Shown: positions 24,871-32,000, counted from the stretch's first letter. The stretch: DNA of 32,000 nucleotides from Streptosporangium sp. NPDC002524 (GCF_040295985.1 NZ_JBEOWK010000009.1:61755-93754), one strand, 5' to 3'. Numbers and translations are program-made. Notes: generated from the sequence alone by a model not told the origin.

Positions 24871-24900
24871 ATATTACTCTGCGTAGCGACTCATGTCTTT
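24871..24900 (-). promoter_or_regulatory. candidate sigma70-type promoter for the smORF-wecF-wzyE-wecG transcript
   Basis: On the minus strand AAGACA (24900-24895), 18 nt of spacer, then TAATAT (24876-24871). The site lies in the only AT-rich stretch between the AraC gene and wecF. Confidence 0.35.
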
Positions 24901-25073
24901 GTGTGACCGAAGAATGACCGACCCTTTCCCGTGTCCGGTTCCTGCCATACCTCCGGCACCCACAGCGCTCGCGGCGCTCGTGGGAAACATCTCCGGCACT
25001 TGGGAGGAACGGGGCCGCGACGGCCGGCGTCCGTTCCGGCTGGACGCCTCCCGCGTCGCCCCACCGGCCGGGC

Positions 25074-25997
25074 CTAGACCACCGCGACCCGGCGGCGGTA
25101 GCGGCCGGGCGCCACGCCGAACTCCCGCTTGAAGGCGTTGCCGAAGGCGAATTCCGATCCGTACCCCACCCGCTCGGCGACCTCCGCCACCGACGCGTCG
25201 GACTCGCGCAGGATGCGCGCCCCGCTCACCAGCCGCCACCAGGTCAGGTACGCCAGCGGCGGCTGCCCGACCAGCCCGGCGAAGCGGCGGGCGAAGCCCG
25301 CGCGCGACATGCCCGCGTGGGTGCCGAGCGACTCGACCGTCCAGCGGCGGGCCGGGTCGCGGTGGATGGCGTCGAGCGCGCGGCCGACGGCGGGGTCGGC
25401 CAGCGCGGCGGCCCAGCCGGACAGCGTGCAGGGCTCGTCCTGGGTGTCGAAGTAGGCCCGCAGGACGTACAGCTGCAGCATGTCGAGCAGGGACGACACG
25501 ACGGTGTCCGTGCCGGGGCGCGGGGTGTCGATCTCGGCGGCCAGCAGCTCGACGGCGGCCCGCAGCTCCGGACGGCCGCCGAGCGTCGCGGGCAGGTGGA
25601 TCACGCCGGGCAGCGAGCTCAGGATCGGGTGGGTCCTGTCGAGGTCGAGCCGGTAGCCGCAGGACAGGATCACCGTCTCGGCCCCGGTGCCGCCGAAACC
25701 GGCCGAGGCGAACAGCTCGGAGTGCGGGCCGCAGTCCGACTCGGCCAGCGGCCTCGCGGGGTCGTCGGCCAGCCCGAACGGGTCGCTGTGCGGCATGAAC
25801 ACCACATCGCCCACGCTCAGCGGGACGGGCTCGCCCTGGGAGGGGATGAGCCAGCAGGACCCGCGCAGCACGACCTGGAACCCCGCGGATTCGGGCACCG
25901 CGCGGAACGACACCCCCCAGGGCGCCCGCCAGGAGATCCGGGCGGAGGTGGGGCGCCCGCACCGCATGAAGGCCACGACGTCGCTCAGCATGTCCAT
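25074..25997 (-). CDS. AraC family transcriptional regulator with an N-terminal cupin-type sensor domain
   Basis: 307 aa. The N-terminus resembles the AraC-associated cupin domain (FQVVLRGSCWL...GDVVFMPH). The C-terminal double HTH reads WTVESLGTHAGMSRAGFARRFAGLVGQPPLAYLTWWRL...SVAEVAERVGYGSEFAFGNAFKREFGVAPGRYR. Confidence 0.9.
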   Translation of the reverse strand: MDMLSDVVAFMRCGRPTSARISWRAPWGVSFRAVPESAGFQVVLRGSCWLIPSQGEPVPLSVGDVVFMPHSDPFGLADDPARPLAESDCGPHSELFASAGFGGTGAETVILSCGYRLDLDRTHPILSSLPGVIHLPATLGGRPELRAAVELLAAEIDTPRPGTDTVVSSLLDMLQLYVLRAYFDTQDEPCTLSGWAAALADPAVGRALDAIHRDPARRWTVESLGTHAGMSRAGFARRFAGLVGQPPLAYLTWWRLVSGARILRESDASVAEVAERVGYGSEFAFGNAFKREFGVAPGRYRRRVAVV

Positions 25998-26110
25998 GGG
26001 CCGAGTCTATGGCCTGAGACGCTGGCGTATAAATGTTGGACAGGAGCGCATTCAGTATCTCAGCGGGTCCCCCTAGCGTGGTTCACGTAACCGACTGAGG
26101 GAGTATCGAC

Positions 26111-26662
26111 ATGCTGAGGGTAGGCATCATCCTGGGCAGCACCCGTCCCGGCCGCAACGGCGAGGCGGTGGCGCACTGGGTCCGCGATCTGGCGGTCAAA
26201 CGAGGCGACGCCGAGTACGAGCTCGTCGACCTGAAGGACTACGACCTGGGCAACCTGGACGAGCCCGAGCACCCCGCCATGGGCAACTACACGCACGAGC
26301 ACACCAAGCGCTGGTCGGCCAAGGTCTCGTCCCTGGACGCGTTCGTGATCGTGACCCCCGAGTACAACAACTCGTACCCCGGCGCGCTCAAGAACGCCCT
26401 CGACTTCCTGTACGCGGAATGGAACAACAAGGCGGCCGGTTTCGTCGGCTACGGCGTGGACGGCGCGCCCCGGGCGATCTCGCACCTGCGGCACGTCCTG
26501 GGCCTGCTCAGCGTGGCCACCGTGTCGAACCAGGTCGGGCTGTCGATCCACACCGACTTCGCGGACGGCTTCAAGCCCGCCCCCGCCCACGAGGACCGGC
26601 TGAACCTCGTCCTCGACCAGGTCCTCTCCTGGGGCTCCGTCCTGCGCCCGCTCAGGGGGTAG
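26111..26662 (+). CDS. NAD(P)H-dependent FMN reductase family oxidoreductase
   Basis: The sequence reads MLRVGIILGSTRPGRNG......AFVIVTPEYNNSYPGALKNALDFLYAEW..K..GFVGYG. A GAGGGAG RBS is present. The gene is divergent to the AraC gene. Confidence 0.9.
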   Translation: MLRVGIILGSTRPGRNGEAVAHWVRDLAVKRGDAEYELVDLKDYDLGNLDEPEHPAMGNYTHEHTKRWSAKVSSLDAFVIVTPEYNNSYPGALKNALDFLYAEWNNKAAGFVGYGVDGAPRAISHLRHVLGLLSVATVSNQVGLSIHTDFADGFKPAPAHEDRLNLVLDQVLSWGSVLRPLRG

Positions 26663-27078
26663 CCGGCGACGGGCGTCCCCGCCGGTCGCCGTCGGGCGAC
26701 CGGCCCGGTCCCACCGGCCGGCAGGCGCGCTCGATCACGGCCGTACCACCCCGGTCCGACGGTCCGGCAGGGGCGCTCGATCACGGCTGTACGTCCGGTT
26801 CCGGTGCGGGCGCTCGGTCGCGCCGATGCCGGGCCCGGGTTCGCGGGGCGGAGGCCCCGGCCGTCGAAGCCCGGGAAAATCGTCCTCAAATCACCTTCAA
26901 AACCCCCAAAACCCCCTCAAATCCCCATGTACCGTTGATTCAGTACACTCAAGTCACATCCAAGTCGCGCATCCGATGCGTCCGCGAACGACTCGCGCCA
27001 CCTCCCGCGTGGCGGCCGACCACGAATATCCGTCACCCCCCGCGCATCCGCTGAAAATCAACCGAACCATGCGATGAC

Positions 27079-29574
27079 ATGCACGGCGACATGCACGGCG
27101 CGGAGGTTCTGGTCGTGGAGCAATGGTCAAGGCGTGAGGACGAACGGCTGCTCACCGGTGAGGGCCGCTACGTCGCCGACATGGACGTGCCGGGCTGCCT
27201 GGACGCCGTGTTCGTGAGGAGCGACGTCGCCCACGGCACGCTGCGCGAGGTGGACTGCTCCGCCGCCTACGAGGTGCCGGGAGTGGTGGGTGCCTGGTCC
27301 GCCGCCGATCTCTCCGAGATGCCGCCGTGCGCGCAGTCGGCCGCCACGCTCCAGGACCTGCCTCCGGTTCCGTACGTGCTGCTCGCCCAGCTGTCCACGG
27401 AGGAGGCCGTGGCCGGACGGGAGTGGCCGGTGCTGGTGAGGGACCGGGTGCGCTACCCGGGCGAGGCGCTGGTGGTGGTCTTGGGCGAGGACCGCTACCG
27501 GGCCGAGGACGGGGCCGCGAAGGTCACCTTCCGGATCGACCCGCTGCCCGCGGTGGTGACGCCGTCCACCGCCGCGGACGACTCCGTCCGCCTGTTCGAC
27601 GGCCTGAGCAACGTCGCCCTGCGGGGGGAGACCGGCGAGCCGATCGAGGAGTCGGTGTGGCGGGAGGCGGCGGTCGTGGTGGAGGCCCGGTACCGCCAGC
27701 AGTTGCTGATGCCCACCCCCATGGAGTGCAGGACGATCCTCGCCGTACCCGAGGGAGACGCGCTGACGGTGTGGTCGGGCCATCAGGCACCGCACCGGTT
27801 GCGCCGGGAGCTGGCCACGCTGCTGGGCGGGCTGGTCGAGCGGGTACGCGTGGTCGTCCCGGACACCGGGGGCGCGTTCGGGTCGAAGAGCGCGACCTTC
27901 CCCGAGTTCATCGCGGTCGCCTTCCTCGCGGTGAAGCTCGGGCGTCCCGTCCGGTGGATCGAGGACCGGCTGGAGTCGATGACGGTCGCCAGCCGGGGCC
28001 GGGGCCAGGACCAGCGGGTCCGGCTCGCCGCCGACGCCGACGGGCGGCTGCTCGCGTACGAGCTGAACATCGACGCCGACATCGGCGCCTACCCCCACCT
28101 CGGGGTCGGGCTGCCCATGCAGACCGCCTGGATGGCGACCGGTCCGTACGCCACCCCGCGGGTGCACGCCACGGTCCGCTCGATGGTCACCAACACCATG
28201 GTGACCTACCCCTACCGAGGCGCGGGGCGCCCCGAGGCGGCGATCGCGCTGGAGCGGTCGATGGACACGCTCGCCCGCGAGCTGGGCATGGACCCGGCGG
28301 AGCTGCGGCGGCGCAACTTCATCCCGCCCGAGGACTTCCCGTACGAGACGCCCACCGGGCGGCGCTACGACAGCGGGAACTACGCCGCCGCGCTCGACCT
28401 GGCGCTGGAGACCCTCGACTACGACGGGTGGCGGGCCGAGCGGGCCCGCCGCCGGACGGACCCGGACGCCCTCCCCCTGGGGATAGGCCTGTCCTGCTAC
28501 GTGGAGCGCTCCGGTGGCGAACCGGGAGGGCTGCACGAGTTCGCCAGCGTCGAGGCGCACGAGGACGGGACGCTCACCGCCCGCTGCGGCACGGCCTCCA
28601 GCGGCCAGAGCCACGAGACGGTCTTCCCCGCGCTGGTCGCCGAGACCCTCGGCGTGGACGGGACACTGGTCCGGCTGGTCGAGGGCGACACCGGCGAGCA
28701 GCCGGAGGGGGTCGGCTCCTTCGCCAGCCGGTCGGCACAGGTGGGCGGCGCGGCGCTGCGGGAGGCCGCCACGCTGCTCGTCGAGGAGGCGCGGGCGCGG
28801 GCGGCGGCCCTGTGGGAGGTGCCGGAGGCGGAGGTGGCGTGGTCCGGCGGCACCGTGCACCCCGTCCACGGCGGCCACGGCGGCCATGGCGGCGCGGCGG
28901 CGATGGACCTGGCCGAGCTGGTGAAGACGACCGGGCCGATGCGGGTGGGCGGCCGGTTCGAGTCGGGCATGGCGTTCCCGTTCGGCGCCCACGCGGCGGT
29001 GGCGGAGGTCGATCCCGAGCTGGGCACCGTGCGCGTGCTGCGGCTGGTGGCGGTGGACGACTGCGGGGTGGTGCTCGATCCGGCCATGGTGCACGGGCAG
29101 GCCTTCGGCTCGGCCGTCCAGGGAATCGGCCAGGCGCTGTACGAGGGCATCCCCTTCGGGGAGAACGGCGTGCCGCTGCTCGCCGAGGGGCTGCTGGACT
29201 ACCTGCTGCCGACGTTCGCCGAGATCCCGCCCATCGAGATCAGGGACACCCGCACGCCGAGTCCCAGCACGCCGCTGGGCGCCAAGGGGGCCGGGGAGTC
29301 GGGCTGCATCGGCACCCCGGCCGCGATCGTCAACGCGGTGGCCGACGCGCTGCGGGTGGCCGACCCCTGCCTGCTGCAGATGCCACTCACCCCGGACGTG
29401 GTGTGGCGGGCGGCTCGCGCCCCGAAATTCGGGGAGGTCGGGCAAGCCGGGGAGTTCGGGAAGACCGGGGAGTTCGGAGAGGCCGGGGAGTTCGGAAAAG
29501 CCGGGGAGTTCGGGAAGGCCGGGAAGTTCGGGGAGGCCGGGGAGGCCGGGGAGGCCGGGGAGGGGGGCCGGTGA
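27079..29574 (+). CDS. xanthine dehydrogenase-family molybdopterin-binding large subunit (CoxL form-II-like / aldehyde oxidase type) with a C-terminal hexapeptide-repeat tail
   Basis: 831 aa, with RREDERLLTGEGRYVAD at the N-terminus. The YPYRGAGRPEA motif is of the AYRGAGR type, not the VAYRCSFR motif of true CO dehydrogenases. The C-terminal blocks are PLGAKGAGESGCIGTPAAIVNAV. An unusual KFGEVGQAGEFGKTGEFGEAGEFGKAGEFGKAGKFGEAGEAGEAGEGGR tail follows. The exact start is uncertain. Confidence 0.9.
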   Translation: MHGDMHGAEVLVVEQWSRREDERLLTGEGRYVADMDVPGCLDAVFVRSDVAHGTLREVDCSAAYEVPGVVGAWSAADLSEMPPCAQSAATLQDLPPVPYVLLAQLSTEEAVAGREWPVLVRDRVRYPGEALVVVLGEDRYRAEDGAAKVTFRIDPLPAVVTPSTAADDSVRLFDGLSNVALRGETGEPIEESVWREAAVVVEARYRQQLLMPTPMECRTILAVPEGDALTVWSGHQAPHRLRRELATLLGGLVERVRVVVPDTGGAFGSKSATFPEFIAVAFLAVKLGRPVRWIEDRLESMTVASRGRGQDQRVRLAADADGRLLAYELNIDADIGAYPHLGVGLPMQTAWMATGPYATPRVHATVRSMVTNTMVTYPYRGAGRPEAAIALERSMDTLARELGMDPAELRRRNFIPPEDFPYETPTGRRYDSGNYAAALDLALETLDYDGWRAERARRRTDPDALPLGIGLSCYVERSGGEPGGLHEFASVEAHEDGTLTARCGTASSGQSHETVFPALVAETLGVDGTLVRLVEGDTGEQPEGVGSFASRSAQVGGAALREAATLLVEEARARAAALWEVPEAEVAWSGGTVHPVHGGHGGHGGAAAMDLAELVKTTGPMRVGGRFESGMAFPFGAHAAVAEVDPELGTVRVLRLVAVDDCGVVLDPAMVHGQAFGSAVQGIGQALYEGIPFGENGVPLLAEGLLDYLLPTFAEIPPIEIRDTRTPSPSTPLGAKGAGESGCIGTPAAIVNAVADALRVADPCLLQMPLTPDVVWRAARAPKFGEVGQAGEFGKTGEFGEAGEFGKAGEFGKAGKFGEAGEAGEAGEGGR
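29425..29568 (+). repeat. 18-bp in-frame tandem repeat x6 followed by a 9-bp repeat x3 (GEFGKA / GEA units)
   Basis: The units are aaattcggggaggtcggg / caagccggggagttcggg / aagaccggggagttcgga / gaggccggggagttcgga / aaagccggggagttcggg / aaggccgggaagttcggg, then gaggccggg x3. The array ends 2 nt before the GTG of the next gene. Confidence 0.85.
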
Positions 29575-30497
29575 AGCCCGCCGCCTTCGACTACGTCGTG
29601 CCGCGCACGGTGCGCGAGGCCGTCGGCGCGCTCGGCACTGGGCCGGGCGCCCGGATTCTCGCCGGTGGCCAGAGCCTCATCCTGGAGATGCGCCTGCAGC
29701 GCGTCCGCCCGGACCTGGTGGTCGACATCAACCACGTCGCCGAACTCGGCCACCTGAGCGCCGACGACGGCACGCTGCGGGTCGGCGCCCTGGTCCGTCA
29801 TGCCGCCTTCGAGCGGGAGGGGGCCGTGCCGGGCCCGCTCGGCACGCTGTTCTCCCGCGCCGTCGTCAACGTCGCCCATCCGCCCATCCGCTCCCGCGGC
29901 ACCCTGGTGGGCAGCCTCGCCTGGGCGCATCCGGCCGCGGAGTGGTGCGCCCTCGCCCTCGCCCTCGACGCCGCCATCGAGGTGCACGGCCCCGGCGGCC
30001 CGCGCGAGATCGCGGCTCGCGACTACTTCCTCGGGCCGTTCCTGACCTCGCGCGCGCAGGACGAGCTCATCGCCGCCGTACGGTTCCCGCTGCTCGCGGA
30101 CGACACCGGTGTCGGCTTCGTCGAGCACCGGCGCACGCACTTCTGCTTCGCCCAGGTGGCCGTGGCGGCGACGCTCACCGCGTCCGACGGAGTGATCACC
30201 GAGGCGAGGATCGGGCTCGTCAACTGCGCCGACCGGCCGGTGCGGGCCCACGCCGCCGAACGGGCGCTGATCGGCGCCGAGATCACGCCCCCGGCCGGGC
30301 ACCGGGTGCCCGGCGACCACCCGTTCGCCCGCGCGGGCCGCGCCGCCGCCGAACGGGACGCCGCCCCCCTGCCCGAGCCGTACGCCGACGTGGAGTACCG
30401 GCGCCAGGCCGTCGCCGTCCTGGTCGGCAGGACCCTGTGCGAGGCGGCCCGGGATCGGCTGTCGCGGACCGGCACATCCGGAGGAGGCCACCGATGA
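29571..30497 (+). CDS. xanthine dehydrogenase-family FAD-binding (medium, CoxM-like) subunit
   Basis: GTG 29571 overlaps the large-subunit stop as GTGA and is in frame with ORF 27327..30497. The sequence FDYVVPRTVREAVGAL....RILAGGQSLILEMRLQRVRPDLVVDIN is the typical FAD_binding_5 N-terminus, and a CO-dehydrogenase flavoprotein-like C-terminal domain follows. Confidence 0.88.
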   Translation: MKPAAFDYVVPRTVREAVGALGTGPGARILAGGQSLILEMRLQRVRPDLVVDINHVAELGHLSADDGTLRVGALVRHAAFEREGAVPGPLGTLFSRAVVNVAHPPIRSRGTLVGSLAWAHPAAEWCALALALDAAIEVHGPGGPREIAARDYFLGPFLTSRAQDELIAAVRFPLLADDTGVGFVEHRRTHFCFAQVAVAATLTASDGVITEARIGLVNCADRPVRAHAAERALIGAEITPPAGHRVPGDHPFARAGRAAAERDAAPLPEPYADVEYRRQAVAVLVGRTLCEAARDRLSRTGTSGGGHR

Positions 30498-30976
30498 GGA
30501 TCACCGTCACGGTGAACGGCGAGGAGCGCGCGCTCGACGTGGAGCCCCGGCGCGTTCTGGCCGACGTGCTGCGTGAGGACTGCCGCCTCACGGGCACGCA
30601 CCTGGGCTGCGAGCACGGCGTCTGCGGGGCCTGCACGGTGCTGGTCGACGGCGAGGCCGTCCGGTCGTGCCTCGTGCTGGCCGTGCAGTGCGACGGCGCC
30701 TCGGTCCGTACCGTCGAAGGGCTGTCCGGTCCCGGCGGCGAGCCCCACCCGCTGCAGCGGGCCTTCTCCGCCGAGCACGCCCTGCAGTGCGGTTTCTGCA
30801 CGCCGGGCTTCCTGATGGTGGCCGCCGGGGCGCTGGAGGCGGACCCCTCCGCCGGAGACGACCCGGAGCGCGTCGCCGCCCTGGTCGGTTCCAACATCTG
30901 CCGGTGCACCGGCTACGAGCCCATCCGGCGCGCGATCGCACGCGCCGCGAGCGAGTGGCCGCGAACCCCGTCCTGA
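30494..30976 (+). CDS. (2Fe-2S)-binding small subunit (CoxS-like)
   Basis: The start overlaps the previous stop as ATGA. The plant-type cluster motif is GCEHGVCGACTV. The second cluster motif is QCGFCTPGF...CRCTGY. Confidence 0.92.
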   Translation: MRITVTVNGEERALDVEPRRVLADVLREDCRLTGTHLGCEHGVCGACTVLVDGEAVRSCLVLAVQCDGASVRTVEGLSGPGGEPHPLQRAFSAEHALQCGFCTPGFLMVAAGALEADPSAGDDPERVAALVGSNICRCTGYEPIRRAIARAASEWPRTPS

Positions 30977-31000
30977 GGTGATCCTCGGCCCCGGGGTGAT

Positions 31001-31197
31001 CTCCGTGAGAGCGGCGGGTGAAAGCGGCGGACAGGGTGACCCCGCGAGAGCGGTAAGCGAGGGCGACGAGCGAGGAGACCTCCGCGAGAGCGGCAGGCGA
31101 GGGCGACGGGCGAAGGGACTCCCGCGAGAGCGGTAGGCGAAGGTGACGAACGAAGGGACTCCCGCGAGAGCGGTGAAGGTGACGAGCGAGGAGGGGA
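31001..31197. repeat. tandem repeat of about 40 bp x5 filling the intergenic region; the last unit supplies the downstream RBS
   Basis: Units begin near 31001, 31041, 31080, 31120 and 31160 (consensus (T)CCCGCGAGAGCGGTAGGCGAGGGCGACGAGCGAAGGGAC). Each ends in a purine-rich SD-like GAGGAG/GAAGGG motif. The final GAGGAGGGG lies 5 nt before ATG 31201. Confidence 0.8.
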
Positions 31198-31200
31198 ACG

Positions 31201-32000
31201 ATGGCTGTGACAGGTGACATCCGCGCGGGGATCGTCGATGTCCACGCGCACTGGCTGCCGCGAGAGCTGTTCGCCCTCCCGCCCGGCACCCCGCTGGGGG
31301 GCATGAACGAGCGCGACGGCGAGCTGTTCCTCGGCGAGCTTCCGTTGTCGTTCCCGGCGGCGGCGATGAGCGACGTCGGCAGGCTCGTCGCCGACACCGC
31401 GAGAGCCGGCCTCGGCGTCCGCGCCATCTCGGCGCCGCCCTTCGCCTTCCCCGTCCACGCGCCGGCCGAGGCGGACGACTACGTCGCCTCCTACAACGAA
31501 CGGCTCACCGAGACCGTGTCGTCCGCCGGCGGGGCACTCGTGGGACTCGGGCTGGTACGGCTGGACAACGTGGACGCCGCCCGGCGGGAGATGACGCGGC
31601 TGGCGGCGGCGGAACGCGTCGCCGGCATCGCCGTCCCGCCGCTCGTGCGGGGACGGTCCTACGGCGAGGGCGTCATGCGCGAGGTGCTCGGTGTCGCCGC
31701 CGAACTGGACCTCGCGGTCCTGGTGCACCCCATGCAGACGCCGCGCCCCGAGTGGGCGGACCACTACCTGGCCAACCTGATCGGCAACCCGGTGGAGACC
31801 GCCACCGCCGTGGCGTCGATGCTCCTGGGCGGTGTCATGGAGACGCTGCCGGACCTGCGGATCTGCTTCGTCCACGGCGGAGGCTGCGCGCCGTCCCTGC
31901 TCGGGCGCTGGGAACACGGCTGGCGGACGCGGGCGGAGGTACGGCGGGGGAACAACCGCCCGCCCGCCGAATCATTCGCCCTGATGTACTTCGACACGGT
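31201..32000 (+). CDS. amidohydrolase-2 (ACMSD / non-oxidative decarboxylase) family protein, 3' end beyond the window
   Basis: The ORF is absent from the supplied track because it has no stop inside the window; I translated it by hand. The sequence reads MAVTGDIRAGIVDVHAHWLP...VLVHP...ANLIGNPVETATAVASMLLGGVMETLPDLRICFVHGGG. It has the HxH metal motif and the NP.ET / HGGG blocks of the family. GC3 is high and the RBS is strong. Confidence 0.8.
   Translation, partial: MAVTGDIRAGIVDVHAHWLPRELFALPPGTPLGGMNERDGELFLGELPLSFPAAAMSDVGRLVADTARAGLGVRAISAPPFAFPVHAPAEADDYVASYNERLTETVSSAGGALVGLGLVRLDNVDAARREMTRLAAAERVAGIAVPPLVRGRSYGEGVMREVLGVAAELDLAVLVHPMQTPRPEWADHYLANLIGNPVETATAVASMLLGGVMETLPDLRICFVHGGGCAPSLLGRWEHGWRTRAEVRRGNNRPPAESFALMYFDT

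Noticed and set aside
20775-25997. A genomic island or mobile-element origin for the wec-like operon.
   Set aside because: There is no integrase, transposase, IS inverted repeat, tRNA attachment site or flanking direct repeat. GC content and codon bias are indistinguishable from neighbouring genes. The only hints are the truncated TetR and an AT-rich promoter patch, so I did not call a mobile element.
26885-26930. 6C RNA or a molybdenum-cofactor riboswitch in the C-tract/A-tract region upstream of the Mo-hydroxylase operon.
   Set aside because: The C-runs are not displayed in the loops of two clear hairpins, as a 6C RNA would require. I cannot match the conserved Moco-motif core from memory. 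This is left as an unassigned structured or curved leader that needs an Infernal scan.

Overview
This is a high-GC actinomycete-type chromosomal segment, with third-codon positions almost all G/C and many long Arg/Gly/Pro-rich antisense shadow ORFs. I support about 28 protein-coding genes or gene remnants. I found no rRNA, tRNA, CRISPR array or recognisable mobile element.

Left to right, the window contains:
- the 3' end of a serine hydrolase gene
- an IdeR/DmdR-type iron box, then a decayed FecCD permease stub and a translationally coupled heterodimeric ABC exporter-fold pair
- a GNAT gene and argG
- a pectin side-chain pair: a CBM13-PL11 rhamnogalacturonan lyase and a GH43-CBM42 arabinofuranosidase
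- a Cys-rich small protein
- a polytopic membrane protein divergent from a NarL-type two-component system
- GNAT, VOC, MarR and YceI genes
- a frameshifted and truncated KstD-like flavoprotein pseudogene
- a divergent TetR/SDR pair and a truncated TetR
- a three-gene ATGA-coupled operon, wecF-wzyE-wecG
- a divergent AraC / FMN-reductase pair
- a molybdenum hydroxylase operon in L-M-S order, followed by an ACMSD-family amidohydrolase that runs off the window

The most interesting item is the wecF-wzyE-wecG module. These are the hallmark late genes of enterobacterial common antigen, in the same order as in E. coli but written in host-like high-GC codons. They have no flippase or nucleotide-sugar genes nearby. 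The WzyE homologue carries an extra acidic repeat-containing N-terminus, and a small unannotated ORF lies behind an AT-rich promoter-like island.

A second pattern runs across the whole window. At least nine tandem or direct repeat arrays, with periods of 15 to 75 bp, all sit at gene boundaries. Several lengthen coding regions (histidine kinase tail, Mo-hydroxylase tail, WzyE N-terminus) or duplicate a stop codon plus hairpin or a Shine-Dalgarno-containing leader.
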